NCBI GenBank assembly: GCA_015063185.1
Contig: SUSY01000006.1
Coordinates: 2,703-66,702, forward strand
Direction: 5' to 3'
Length of the DNA: 64,000 nucleotides
From: Thermoplasmata archaeon
Lineage (GTDB): Archaea; Thermoplasmatota; Thermoplasmata; Methanomassiliicoccales; Methanomethylophilaceae
Shown: positions 1 through 9,518 of the stretch, piece by piece
Layout of the letters: each line of letters starts with the position of its first letter
How positions within the stretch are numbered: the stretch's first letter is position 1
Notes under the pieces: generated by a model
What the model was told of the DNA's origin: nothing
Database searches by the model: none
What the model saw: the letters and a program-made list of their open reading frames with translations, nothing else
Translations under genes and position numbers: made by a program

Positions 1-452
1 ACGAAGTCAGGTTTCTGTGCAGTCAGTTGGAGCAGTTCTGATCTTTTGATCTCTCCCCCCGAGAATCCTACATTTACGTCCCTGTTGAGGAACGCATCCA
101 TCTTGAAACTCTCTGCCTGGTCGATCGCTCCCGTGTTTCCCTTGGCGGTGGCCCTCACGAGGTCACCGAGTTTGACGCCCGACACATTCGGGGGCCTTTG
201 CATCATCATGCCGATTCCAAGTCTTGCACGTTCGTCGACACCCATTCCTGTGATGTCCTGGCCCTTGAACATAATCTTTCCGCTCGTTACTTTGCAGTGT
301 CTGTAGCCCATGATGGCTGCGAGCAGAGTGGATTTGCCTGATCCGTTGGGGCCGAAAAGTACGCAGGTCTCCCCCTCGCTGATCTTGAGCGATACGCCCT
401 TGAGGATCTCTCTGCCTCCGGCCTCTACATGCAGGTCTATGATTTCTAGCAT
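1..452 (-). CDS. sufC: Fe-S cluster assembly ABC ATPase, SufC-like (N-terminal part only; gene runs off the left edge)
   Basis: My own reverse-complement translation from the ATG at 450-452 gives MLEIIDLHVEAGGREILKGVSLKISEGETCVLFGPNGSGKSTLLAAIMGY...VGFSGGEIKRSELLQL. It has Walker A GPNGSGKST and the signature-like FSGGE. It is absent from the ORF track because it is open at the window edge. Confidence 0.75.
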   Translation of the reverse strand, partial: MLEIIDLHVEAGGREILKGVSLKISEGETCVLFGPNGSGKSTLLAAIMGYRHCKVTSGKIMFKGQDITGMGVDERARLGIGMMMQRPPNVSGVKLGDLVRATAKGNTGAIDQAESFKMDAFLNRDVNVGFSGGEIKRSELLQLTAQKPDF

Positions 453-562
453 GATTGCACCTATATCTGTCATTAGGCGCGCATTATTAAATGTGTGGGT
501 ATGCTATCGATGTCAGTCGTTAAAAACATAGGAAAATTGTAGGAAAAAGTTTGTATTGTGGG

Positions 563-1285
563 TCAGAAGAAGTAGAATCCACATCCTTCTTTCACGGAGA
601 TCTCTGCCACAGCCTTCATGCGCTCCACAGGGCCTGCATATCTCCTCACTGCCATCTTCCCCTCCTCAGGGAGTGCAACTTCGAGGATTTCACATTCCCT
701 GAGCAGTTTTTCCGCATCCGCAGGTGTGAGGATTTTGCATTCCTTGGCATATTCAGGTACGGATGCTACGATGGTGCAATCGTGTCTGGATGCGATCTCC
801 GGGAGTTGGCTACTGTCCGGTCCGAAGGGGCCGATGCATCCTCTGCCCTTGTCCCATGAGAGGGGGCACTCCGCACAGGCCTTGTTCGCTTCATCGAAGT
901 CAAGGCAGTCCCAGGCGTTGACCCTGTTCTCCGGTTTGGAGAGTTCCATCGCCTTGTCGAAGAGTTCGGGAGACAGTCCATCTGTGACAATCCATCCTGT
1001 GTACTTCCTCTGTGCCAGAGGTTCGAGGATGGAACGGTCGTCATCCTTCTTGACCTTGTCCATGTATATGGCATCGGTGGCCTCGTTGATCCTGTTCCTC
1101 TTGATGAATGCCTCGAAATCAGGTATGGCCTTCTTGGCATCCTCGAGGCTGACTACCATATCATAGAGTGCCGCATCCCCGAATGGTGCGATGTCAGAGA
1201 CCATGGCCTTCTTTATGTCCTTCTTCATCTGTGCGCATGATGCGTTGGGCGCATCCTTCTCACATATCGCTATACTGATTCCCAT
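563..1285 (-). CDS. hypothetical Cys-rich soluble protein
   Basis: 240-aa ORF with no TM segments and 10 Cys, including NKACAECPLSWDKGRGCIGPFG. Its start lies 2 nt after the stop of the upstream ORF. I recognise no family. Confidence 0.5.
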   Translation of the reverse strand: MGISIAICEKDAPNASCAQMKKDIKKAMVSDIAPFGDAALYDMVVSLEDAKKAIPDFEAFIKRNRINEATDAIYMDKVKKDDDRSILEPLAQRKYTGWIVTDGLSPELFDKAMELSKPENRVNAWDCLDFDEANKACAECPLSWDKGRGCIGPFGPDSSQLPEIASRHDCTIVASVPEYAKECKILTPADAEKLLRECEILEVALPEEGKMAVRRYAGPVERMKAVAEISVKEGCGFYFF

Positions 1286-1287
1286 CC

Positions 1288-1947
1288 TTATTCCTCATCG
1301 TAGTACTCATCATCTTCCTCGACTTTCTTCTTCTTTTTCTTCTTTCTGGGAGTCTCGTCGGAGTCCTCGTAGACGAACCATTTCGCCCTCTTCTTGTCCT
1401 TCTTATTGAACTTCTTCGCGGATCTTTCGAGATACTTCTTACGGTTATCGGAGAACTCTGCGAAAGCGAGGAATCCCTTGAGTGCGGAGATGATGGCGAG
1501 GATGTAGATGAATGCCTTGATCTCGAGAACGATGACGATGTCACCGATCTCGGGTCCGAGCGTGGATCCGTCTATGGTGAGGTCGAGCATACCTCCCTTG
1601 GTGAACATAAGGAGCACCACTGCGAGGTAGAGGCAGGACACGAACTTGAATGGGATCCTGGCGTAACTTCCCTTCTCATAGAGTCCAACAAAGATGGACA
1701 ATACGATCAGTGGGATGGAGTAGACCATCAGGTTCCTCAGGTACATCGCAATCTGGTCCAATAGCATGGAGAAGTCTATCGTGTCCTCTCCCATTGCTGC
1801 AGTGATCTCCGGACCAATCGCTGTCAACAGGGAGATTCCTGACAAAGGAAGCAGGATGTATGTGAAGACCGCTATCGACAGGGAAAGGAATGCTCCGCCG
1901 AACGACATGCACTTGGGGGAGAAGTCCGAGAAGTAATCCTTAGCCAT
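1288..1947 (-). CDS. hypothetical polytopic membrane protein with a highly charged C-terminal tail
   Basis: 219 aa with several hydrophobic helices, then the tail KKFNKKDKKRAKW...PRKKKKKKKVEEDDEYYDEE. The start ATG overlaps the upstream stop (TAATG at 1945-1949). Confidence 0.55.
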   Translation of the reverse strand: MAKDYFSDFSPKCMSFGGAFLSLSIAVFTYILLPLSGISLLTAIGPEITAAMGEDTIDFSMLLDQIAMYLRNLMVYSIPLIVLSIFVGLYEKGSYARIPFKFVSCLYLAVVLLMFTKGGMLDLTIDGSTLGPEIGDIVIVLEIKAFIYILAIISALKGFLAFAEFSDNRKKYLERSAKKFNKKDKKRAKWFVYEDSDETPRKKKKKKKVEEDDEYYDEE

Positions 1948-2837
1948 TACTCGATCCCTCCGATGTAGATGCTGAGGTAGTATGCGATCTCTTCGAATAT
2001 TTCGGATTTAACCTCGCCCGAGTATGCAATTGATTCATCCATTAGTGCATCGATGGATATCGTTGCGTCGCTCTCGATTATATCTCTTGCGAGTTCGATA
2101 ATTCCTACGGAATCGACAGTATCTCCCGTTTTGATATAGACCTGAATCTCATTAGTGATTGAATTCTTTTCGATATTGATACATATTTCATCAGTGAATC
2201 CTTCGGCCTTGATGGTAACGTCCATGGGTTCATCCGGGACCAGTGTGGTCAAAAGGTCATCTGCAGCGCCTATGAATGTTGCCTGCGCCTTATAGATGGC
2301 CCCGTCGGAATTCTTTGTTACGTCGCTTTCGAGTTTACCAGTCTCGGATAAGGGGACATTGATTCTTGCATCCAGATCCAATCCGATGAGTCCTGCATAC
2401 TCCGTCCTGAAGTCGATTAGGAGTGGCAGGAAGATTCCACTGTCTTCTTTGTTGTTATTATCTGCAAGAAGGAATGACACAGCGCTCGGAATCTGTACGC
2501 TACCATTGATGGAAATGGTTTTCTGAGTATTGCTCTTGATAGTCATCGGACCGATTTCTACAACAGTTAGCCTCTCTGTGATGTCCGGCTTGTCCGAGAC
2601 CATATATATGGAGATCTCAAGATCCTCGATGTCCTTCGGGAGTTTTGAATCTATGATAAGATCTCCGGATACGATAATGCTGAATTCAGTGTTCCCATCT
2701 AATTCTGCTTCAATGCCATCACTATCGATGGAAATTCCGCCTGTGACCAGTGGCGCAGCGGTCATGACCAACATTACGGTCAGAGCCAACGACACGATCG
2801 TGATGAGGGTTTTCATCAGCGAGGTGAAGACTTTCAT
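1947..2837 (-). CDS. hypothetical exported or membrane-anchored protein
   Basis: 296 aa. The N-terminal hydrophobic signal/anchor MKVFTSLMKTLITIVSLALTVMLVMTAAPLV is followed by a D/S/I/T-rich domain. It is the first gene of a 3-gene coupled operon. Confidence 0.55.
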   Translation of the reverse strand: MKVFTSLMKTLITIVSLALTVMLVMTAAPLVTGGISIDSDGIEAELDGNTEFSIIVSGDLIIDSKLPKDIEDLEISIYMVSDKPDITERLTVVEIGPMTIKSNTQKTISINGSVQIPSAVSFLLADNNNKEDSGIFLPLLIDFRTEYAGLIGLDLDARINVPLSETGKLESDVTKNSDGAIYKAQATFIGAADDLLTTLVPDEPMDVTIKAEGFTDEICINIEKNSITNEIQVYIKTGDTVDSVGIIELARDIIESDATISIDALMDESIAYSGEVKSEIFEEIAYYLSIYIGGIE

Positions 2838-3024
2838 AGTTCCAAATCTGCATGTTGTATTTTAAGACTATTTGCTATCGGGCATGTACATAGTACAAAT
2901 ATGCCAGATTTATGCACATCCGCACAAACAAGATGTCTATGTTCGGTATCTGGACTCATACTTCAGTTGTGTATGATGGTTTCATTAGACAAAACTAATA
3001 ACCGCATGGATATATGTCACATCA

Positions 3025-3516
3025 ATGGCAGATATCAGAATCCGCAAAAGGAAGAGGATGAGAGAGAAGGAGATCAAGGCAGTATCTGAGGAGCTCAGTG
3101 CCCTGTTCGGTACTCAGACCTTCATGGAGGACGATCCGTTGGACATAGCGGAGGGGCCCGATTTCAATCTCATGTTCTGCGGTAACGACATCCTCGGTAT
3201 GGTCTATGATGGCAAGCCCTTTCTGACCGTCAGAGGGCTTCATAAGTTCAAACCCGAGAAGCGTTTCATAACGGTCGACATGGGTGCAGTCAAGTTCGTC
3301 ACCAACGGTGCCGACGTAATGGGTCCCGGGATCATCGAAGCGGACGAGGACATCAAGGAAGGCGATCTCGTATGGATCCGCGATGAGAGGAACCGTATGC
3401 CACTCGCCGTAGGTATGGCACTCCGTGATACCGAAGGCATACGTGCCAAGGAAAAGGGTAAAGCCGTTATGATGCTCCATTATGTAGGTGACAAGCTCTG
3501 GAAAGCAGGCGAGTAA
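3025..3516 (+). CDS. PUA-domain RNA-binding protein (archaeal MCT-1/Tma20-like)
   Basis: 163 aa with a basic N-terminus and a PUA-like core (VKFVTNGADVMGPGI ... GDLVWIRDERNRMPLAVGMAL ... KGKAV). Confidence 0.65.
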   Translation: MADIRIRKRKRMREKEIKAVSEELSALFGTQTFMEDDPLDIAEGPDFNLMFCGNDILGMVYDGKPFLTVRGLHKFKPEKRFITVDMGAVKFVTNGADVMGPGIIEADEDIKEGDLVWIRDERNRMPLAVGMALRDTEGIRAKEKGKAVMMLHYVGDKLWKAGE

Positions 3517-3517
3517 T

Positions 3518-3853
3518 ATGAGTCCATTCAGGAGGAAGTCCGACCTCGGAATCGGTGCCGATGAACCAGTATTCATAGATCTGGGTCTGGCTACACTCCA
3601 TGATGTGGACGAACGTACGAGGGTCCGTGTCGTCGTTCCGGATGAGGAGAAGGACCTTCGTCCCATCAAAAGATGGGTATCCTCCGGAGCAGTGGTCGTA
3701 GCAGACCTGTCATCCTTATCCGGCGACATCCAGGTCGCGGAAGCCATAATCCGTGATGCGGGCGAGTCCACGGAAGGCGTTGTGCGTAAGGTGGGTACGG
3801 ATAGTTGGATCGTGGTTCCAGGAAACATAGTCGTAGAAGTTCCAAGGAAGTGA
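3518..3853 (+). CDS. SepF-like (DUF552) cell-division protein candidate
   Basis: About 111 aa starting from MSPFRRKS, 2 nt after the PUA gene stop. The layout (short N-terminal peptide, VFIDLG, then a compact alpha/beta domain ...VVVADLSSL...IVVPGNI) matches archaeal SepF as I remember it. Confidence 0.5.
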   Translation: MSPFRRKSDLGIGADEPVFIDLGLATLHDVDERTRVRVVVPDEEKDLRPIKRWVSSGAVVVADLSSLSGDIQVAEAIIRDAGESTEGVVRKVGTDSWIVVPGNIVVEVPRK

Positions 3854-3857
3854 TGTT

Positions 3858-5180
3858 TTGACGAGAAAGGTCGTTCATGATCCTATTCATGGAAGCATTT
3901 CTTTAGAGGGAGTGTTCCTTGACCTGATCGACAGACATGAGCTCCAGAGGTTGAGGTCGATAAGACAGTTGGGCCTTAGTAATGTGGTGTTTCCGGGTGC
4001 TAACCACACTCGTTTCGAACACAGTCTGGGCGTTTATCATTTGGCCGGACGTATGGCCGAATCCATGTGTTTGGGTCGGGAGGAATCGGATATCATAAGG
4101 GCCGCTGCGATGCTCCATGATGTGTGTCACCCTCCATTCTCTCATACCTTGGAGAGGATGATGGAAAGTGCCAGTGGACTGGATCATATGGAGATGTCCC
4201 GGGCATTGATAACCGGAAGGGTCCCATCATTCATGGAACGTGACCGCCCGTTCTTCGATGGTATGGAGCCGATGGGTGTGCTGTTGGAATCCGCTGGTAT
4301 ATCCCCGGATGCCGTATGCGATCTGATAATCAATCCTGCCTCTGATCTGGGAGGGTTGGATATCAATCCGGAGAGGGGCGCTCAATCATTCTTTGGCTCA
4401 AGGGACTATGCACATCAGGTGATACACGGTCCGGTGGATGCGGATCAGATTGATTACCTTATGAGGGATGCGCATTATACCGGTGTCATACATGGTGCGG
4501 TGGACAAGGACAGGTTATTGAGCCAGATGACAGTACACAATGGAAAGATGGTCCTTCATAAAGGGGCCATAACATCAGCGGAAGGGTTGATGGTCGCACG
4601 CACCTTGATGTATTCCACAGTGTACTACCATAAGACTGTCAAGATCGTGGAGGCTATGCTCAGACGTGCCATAGAGGTGTCCGATCTGGATCTATCCGAA
4701 CTGTATCTGATGACGGATGCGGACCTCACATCCGCTTTGTTGTCAGAAGGTGGCAGGTCTGGGGACCTCATGCGTTCTGTTCTCAACCGTAGGTTGTACA
4801 AGAAGGCTAAGGTGATCTATTCCATCGATGCCGACGATTCATTCAAATCATTTTTGGTGAAGTATGTGCCAGCATCCAAACGTAAGGAGTTGGAATGTGA
4901 TATAGCAACTCATGCAGGTTTGGACCCATCAGAGGTCATCGTGGACATCCCTTCCGAATCATCGTTGTTATCGAAGGTGAGGGTCGGTAAGACCGACGTC
5001 TCCATATTGGATGGGGACAAGGTGAAGTCTCTCACCCGTTATTCCTCCGTAGCGAAGGCACTTCAGTCCCGTGACCCGATCGACTGGTGCGTGATGGTCT
5101 CCGCACCGGGATATGCCAGGGATGCGGTTCGGGTTGCAACCGAGAGGGTCCTATCCCTTGACGACACCTATAGGTCTTAA
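3858..5180 (+). CDS. HD-domain phosphohydrolase (dNTPase/SAMHD1-like family)
   Basis: 440 aa with a TTG start. Motifs: RFEHSLGVYHLAG, AAMLHDVCHPPFSH, DADQIDYLMRDAHYTG. Confidence 0.8.
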   Translation: MTRKVVHDPIHGSISLEGVFLDLIDRHELQRLRSIRQLGLSNVVFPGANHTRFEHSLGVYHLAGRMAESMCLGREESDIIRAAAMLHDVCHPPFSHTLERMMESASGLDHMEMSRALITGRVPSFMERDRPFFDGMEPMGVLLESAGISPDAVCDLIINPASDLGGLDINPERGAQSFFGSRDYAHQVIHGPVDADQIDYLMRDAHYTGVIHGAVDKDRLLSQMTVHNGKMVLHKGAITSAEGLMVARTLMYSTVYYHKTVKIVEAMLRRAIEVSDLDLSELYLMTDADLTSALLSEGGRSGDLMRSVLNRRLYKKAKVIYSIDADDSFKSFLVKYVPASKRKELECDIATHAGLDPSEVIVDIPSESSLLSKVRVGKTDVSILDGDKVKSLTRYSSVAKALQSRDPIDWCVMVSAPGYARDAVRVATERVLSLDDTYRS

Positions 5181-6602
5181 TCTCGCCACCTTTCCTGTCA
5201 GTCCGCTGTTGCATACGACGGATACGACCTCGTCCACATCCTTGTATGCCTGTGGTGCTTCCTCTACGAGTCCTTCTTCGGAACCTCTTCTGAGGGTGAT
5301 GCCTTTGCCAGCCATTGCGGATTCGATATCGTTGACATTGAGGGACGCAGTCGCTTTGGCTCTGGACATCTTTCTTCCTGCTCCGTGGCATGATGTGCCG
5401 AAGCTATCCGTCATAGCACCCTTCATTCCGACGAGGACGTAAGTTCCGACGCTCATGTCGCCTGGGATGATCACAGGTTGTCCGATGTCCCTGTATTTCA
5501 TGCTGACCTCGCTCCTTCCGGCTGCGAACGCTCTGGTGGCTCCTTTTCTGTGAACGAGGACATCCATGTTACTGCCGTCGACGATGTGCCTTTCCTTCTT
5601 CGCGATGTTGTGTGCGACATCATATACGACGTCCATGCCCATGTTCTCTGCAGAATCGCCGAAGGTCTGTTCGAAGGACTCCCTGATCCAGTGGGTGATC
5701 ATCTGTCTGTTCGCCCAAGCATAGTTCGCACCGCACGACATGGCAGAGAAGTACTCGTCCCCAAGGGTGCTGTTCAGCGGTGCACAGGCCAATTGTCTGT
5801 CGGGAAGGTCTATGTTATGGGCTTTTACATATTGTTCCATGGATTGGAGGTAATCCGTGGCGATCTGATGTCCACAACCTCTGGATCCACAGTGAACAGT
5901 GATCGTAATCTGTCCCTCCTTCAATCCGAACGCCTTTGCGGCACGTTCGTCGAATACCTTGTCCACGATGTCGACCTCTAGGAAGTGGTTACCGGATCCG
6001 AGGGAACCGAGTTGAGGGATGCCTCTCTTCTTAGCTTTCTCGCTGACCTTGGTGCAATCCGCGGATTCCATGGAGCCGCGTTCCTCGGTCACATCGATAT
6101 CGGATTCCCACCCGTATCCGTTCTCCACAGCCCATATGGAACCGTTCTGGAGAACCTGGTCTATTTCGTTGATCGTGAGTCTTTTGATACCTTTTGATCC
6201 AAGGCCCGATGGGACATTTGCGTACAGCGCGTCCATGAGGCGGTCCATATCCTTGTCGACGTCGGACATCTGGAGGTCGGTTCTGATGAGTCTGACTCCA
6301 CAGTTAATGTCGAAACCGATTCCACCTGGCGATATACAACCTCCATTGGCATCGACGGCTGCGACACCTCCGATGGGGAAACCGTATCCCCAATGGATGT
6401 CGGGCATTGTCAGGGAACTTCCGACGATTCCGGGAAGACATGCCACATTGGCTGCTTGCATGGGAGCATTGTCCGCTCTGATCTGAGATTCCATTGCCTT
6501 ATCGGCATAGATGATGGCATTGGTCTTCATTCCAGGAACAGTTCCGATGGGAATTTCGACCCTGTTCTCATCGATTCTCAGCAATTCGCCTTCCCACGAC
6601 AT
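5151..6602 (-). CDS. rtcB: tRNA-splicing / RNA 3'-phosphate ligase RtcB
   Basis: Motifs PDIHWGYGFPIGGVAA, GGIGFDINCGVR, GSGNHFLE, HCGSRGCGHQIA and SCHGAGR. The ORF extends to 6668, but alignment to known RtcB N-termini favours the start at MSWEGELLRID (6602). The stop is TAG. There is a 30-nt convergent overlap with the HD gene. Confidence 0.9.
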   Translation of the reverse strand: MSWEGELLRIDENRVEIPIGTVPGMKTNAIIYADKAMESQIRADNAPMQAANVACLPGIVGSSLTMPDIHWGYGFPIGGVAAVDANGGCISPGGIGFDINCGVRLIRTDLQMSDVDKDMDRLMDALYANVPSGLGSKGIKRLTINEIDQVLQNGSIWAVENGYGWESDIDVTEERGSMESADCTKVSEKAKKRGIPQLGSLGSGNHFLEVDIVDKVFDERAAKAFGLKEGQITITVHCGSRGCGHQIATDYLQSMEQYVKAHNIDLPDRQLACAPLNSTLGDEYFSAMSCGANYAWANRQMITHWIRESFEQTFGDSAENMGMDVVYDVAHNIAKKERHIVDGSNMDVLVHRKGATRAFAAGRSEVSMKYRDIGQPVIIPGDMSVGTYVLVGMKGAMTDSFGTSCHGAGRKMSRAKATASLNVNDIESAMAGKGITLRRGSEEGLVEEAPQAYKDVDEVVSVVCNSGLTGKVARLRPIGVVKG

Positions 6603-6916
6603 GAAATCAATCTCCGTATAGAAAAGTGGGGCCTGAGCCGAGATTTGAACACGAGTCAAGGGATCCACAATCCCCTAGGATAACCAAGCTACCCTACTCA
6701 GGCCATATGTATAGACCCATCATCTAATCGTTATAGATAAACCTTTGGCCATACTGTATTCGAGATGTCTCATGGTTTGACTCGATATGGCGTTCATGTC
6801 GAGGATGAATATATGTATCGCACATTATGGCGCTCCACCTTCGATGTACATTCGGTCATATCTAATGTCCATTTTTGAGCAAATGGTTTATGTAGTTTCA
6901 AAGAAAGTGGTGCGGC

Positions 6917-7834
6917 ATGGCTAAGAGAAACATCATTTCCGTTTTGGATATGAAAGACGATATGCCTGAGCTCGTGGACCTCGCTATCAAGCTCAAGGCA
7001 GAGCGCGGACATCACGGCGATCCCCTCAAGGGGAAGACACTCGCGATGATCTTCGAGAAGCCCAGTACTAGGACCAGGATCTCCTTCGATGTCGCCATCA
7101 GTGAACTCGGCGGACACCCCCTCTACATCGAATCCACCAAGATGCAGATGGGACACGGTGAGACAGTTGAGGATACCGCGCACGTCATGAGCAGGTTCGT
7201 CCACGGCATCATGTACCGTGCGTTCGACTACAAGGTCATGGATCGTTTGGGAGACAACGCATCCATCCCCGTCATCAGCGGACTCGATGACCTTGAGCAT
7301 CCCTGTCAGGCACTCGCCGATATGGTCACCATAAAGGAGAAGAAGGGTGGATTCCGCGGAAAGAAACTCGTATATCTTGGAGATGGAAACAACGTCTGTA
7401 ACTCTCTGCTCTACGCATGTGCCATCATGGGTATGGACATGGTCGCCTGCTGTCCTGCTACCAGGATGCCCAACGCGGAGATCATGCTCAATGCATCCAG
7501 GATTGCCGATGCGAATGGAAGTAAGATCATCGCATCCCATGAACCAAAGGATGCCTGTAAGGATGCGGACGTCCTCTACACCGATACATGGATCTCCATG
7601 GGTGACAACACCTCTCTCGAAGAGGCAGTAAGGATCTTCCACGACTATCAGATCAACAAGGAGCTCCTTTCCATTGCAAAACCCGATTGTATCGTCATGC
7701 ACTGTCTCCCTGCACACCGTGAGCAGGAGATTACTGGAGAGGTCATGGACGGACCTCAGAGTGTCGTGTTCGATGAGGCGGAGAACCGTCTTCACGCACA
7801 GAAAGCCGTCCTTTACACCTTGCTTAAGGATTGA
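6917..7834 (+). CDS. argF: ornithine carbamoyltransferase
   Basis: 305 aa with FEKPSTRTRISF (STRTR), HPCQALAD and HCLPAHR motifs. Confidence 0.92.
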   Translation: MAKRNIISVLDMKDDMPELVDLAIKLKAERGHHGDPLKGKTLAMIFEKPSTRTRISFDVAISELGGHPLYIESTKMQMGHGETVEDTAHVMSRFVHGIMYRAFDYKVMDRLGDNASIPVISGLDDLEHPCQALADMVTIKEKKGGFRGKKLVYLGDGNNVCNSLLYACAIMGMDMVACCPATRMPNAEIMLNASRIADANGSKIIASHEPKDACKDADVLYTDTWISMGDNTSLEEAVRIFHDYQINKELLSIAKPDCIVMHCLPAHREQEITGEVMDGPQSVVFDEAENRLHAQKAVLYTLLKD

Positions 7835-7835
7835 C

Positions 7836-9518
7836 TCAGATAATCTGGGTCAAAATGATGTCGTTAGCGACATCCAAAAACCTCTTTTCCATCCCTTTTG
7901 GAATCGTTGCTCCGGCGGCGATGTTGTGCCCTCCCCCATAACCTCCGACATGTTCTGCGGAGATACTCATAACCGCAGATAGGTCCAGGCCTCTGTTGAC
8001 CAAGCTCCTGTCCGCTCTTGCGGATACCTTCACTCCTTCATCCGTATCAACGAATCCCATCATGGGCATCTCGTATCTGTTGGGGTCCCTGCTCAGGATG
8101 GACCCTACAACGATTCCGACCACCGTTTCCGAGATGGAGTCGTGTGCATGGAAGTATTGGATCCCTCCGCATGTCTTGACTAGGCATTTCTCAAGTACCA
8201 GTTGGGTACATCTGTTGATATTCTCCGTGTGTTCGGAACGGTGTCTCTTGGCTTTATCGAGAAGTTCCTTTCCCGCATCTTGGCGCGCCACACAGATCTC
8301 CATGCCCGTTTCCGGATCATCGTAGCGACCGCATGAGTTCAACATGGTTGCAAATTCCTTCGCATCTCTGTACTCCGTATGTCTTGGATATTTGGGGAGT
8401 GTGTATGCGTGACCGTATGCTCTGCTCTGTTCTTCGCCGTTGAGCCTGCTTAGAACGAAATCAGTAATCCTGGACTTCTCATCCGATGTCAGGTCGTTCC
8501 AGGTTCTGAACGTACCTCCATCCTTTATCGGCACATCGAGTGCTTTCAACAATCTGGAACACCCTACCCCGTTATCGGAGAGTTCCGGGATGGTGGGGTT
8601 GTTGCTGTATTTCAGATAGTTGATAACAGTTCTTGTTTCGCGTCCGAAGAACTTAAGGTCCTCCTCCACAAGGACATCCCCGTTGGAAACGGCATCATCC
8701 AGTGCGACGGCGTTGATGCCGACCAGACCTCTGATGGGTTGGTCCTGCATATCGCCGCAAGCACCGACAACACCCAGTTGTGCCAGATCAATGTTTGCAT
8801 CATCCATGGCCTTAGCTACCAGATATGTGACCGTGGAACCACAACCTTCGGTCGAACCTTCGAGCCCATAATTGATGGGGTTGATCTCCAAGATGTTGAA
8901 TGTGAACCACAGTTTGGTCTGTGTTGCATTCTGGCTCTTTGGGTGACCGTTGTTGTCGGGAACGTGGTGGTCCGTAATTAGGAGTCTGTCTTTACACATC
9001 TGTCCTTTGTATCCGCTTCCAAGGTCACAGATCCATATGAGTGAGGATGAATCGTCCTGTATCCTTTTGATGGTCTCGGGATCCATCTTCTTTGCGAAGA
9101 GGACCTCGATTTTCTTCTCCGCTTCTTTTATAGCGAATGCTTTCAATTCATTTTCTGCAACAGCATGTAATCTCTTGACCGCATCTGGATCATCACATCC
9201 GTTCTGTAGAAGGCGTTCTGATGATACGATTATGCTGGCATATCTTGCCATGCGATGTTCGTCGACCATATTTTCCATGGCCAGCACACTGTCCAATTTC
9301 AGTGCCAGATCAGTTTCGTCGATGGAGTCGTATGCATCCGATATGAAGCGATCTATGAGCCGTTTGGTCTTGGAGCGAAGGCATGCGGTGTAGGCTATGG
9401 CGGCACTGGATATGCCGTCGGCATCGATGTGTGACACTATCAGTACATCATCCGATTCGTGAACGGCCCTAGCAGCCTCCTTGACGTCCTTCTCCAACTC
9501 AGGAGATATCCTCTTCAA
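7836..9518 (-). CDS. RecJ/Cdc45-like DHH-family nuclease (archaeal GAN/RecJ type)
   Basis: 560 aa. DHH motifs VSHIDADG, CDLGSG and ITDHH, plus DHHA1 GGGHNIAAGA. An unusually long (about 90 aa) segment lies between motif II and motif III. Confidence 0.75.
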   Translation of the reverse strand: MKRISPELEKDVKEAARAVHESDDVLIVSHIDADGISSAAIAYTACLRSKTKRLIDRFISDAYDSIDETDLALKLDSVLAMENMVDEHRMARYASIIVSSERLLQNGCDDPDAVKRLHAVAENELKAFAIKEAEKKIEVLFAKKMDPETIKRIQDDSSSLIWICDLGSGYKGQMCKDRLLITDHHVPDNNGHPKSQNATQTKLWFTFNILEINPINYGLEGSTEGCGSTVTYLVAKAMDDANIDLAQLGVVGACGDMQDQPIRGLVGINAVALDDAVSNGDVLVEEDLKFFGRETRTVINYLKYSNNPTIPELSDNGVGCSRLLKALDVPIKDGGTFRTWNDLTSDEKSRITDFVLSRLNGEEQSRAYGHAYTLPKYPRHTEYRDAKEFATMLNSCGRYDDPETGMEICVARQDAGKELLDKAKRHRSEHTENINRCTQLVLEKCLVKTCGGIQYFHAHDSISETVVGIVVGSILSRDPNRYEMPMMGFVDTDEGVKVSARADRSLVNRGLDLSAVMSISAEHVGGYGGGHNIAAGATIPKGMEKRFLDVANDIILTQII

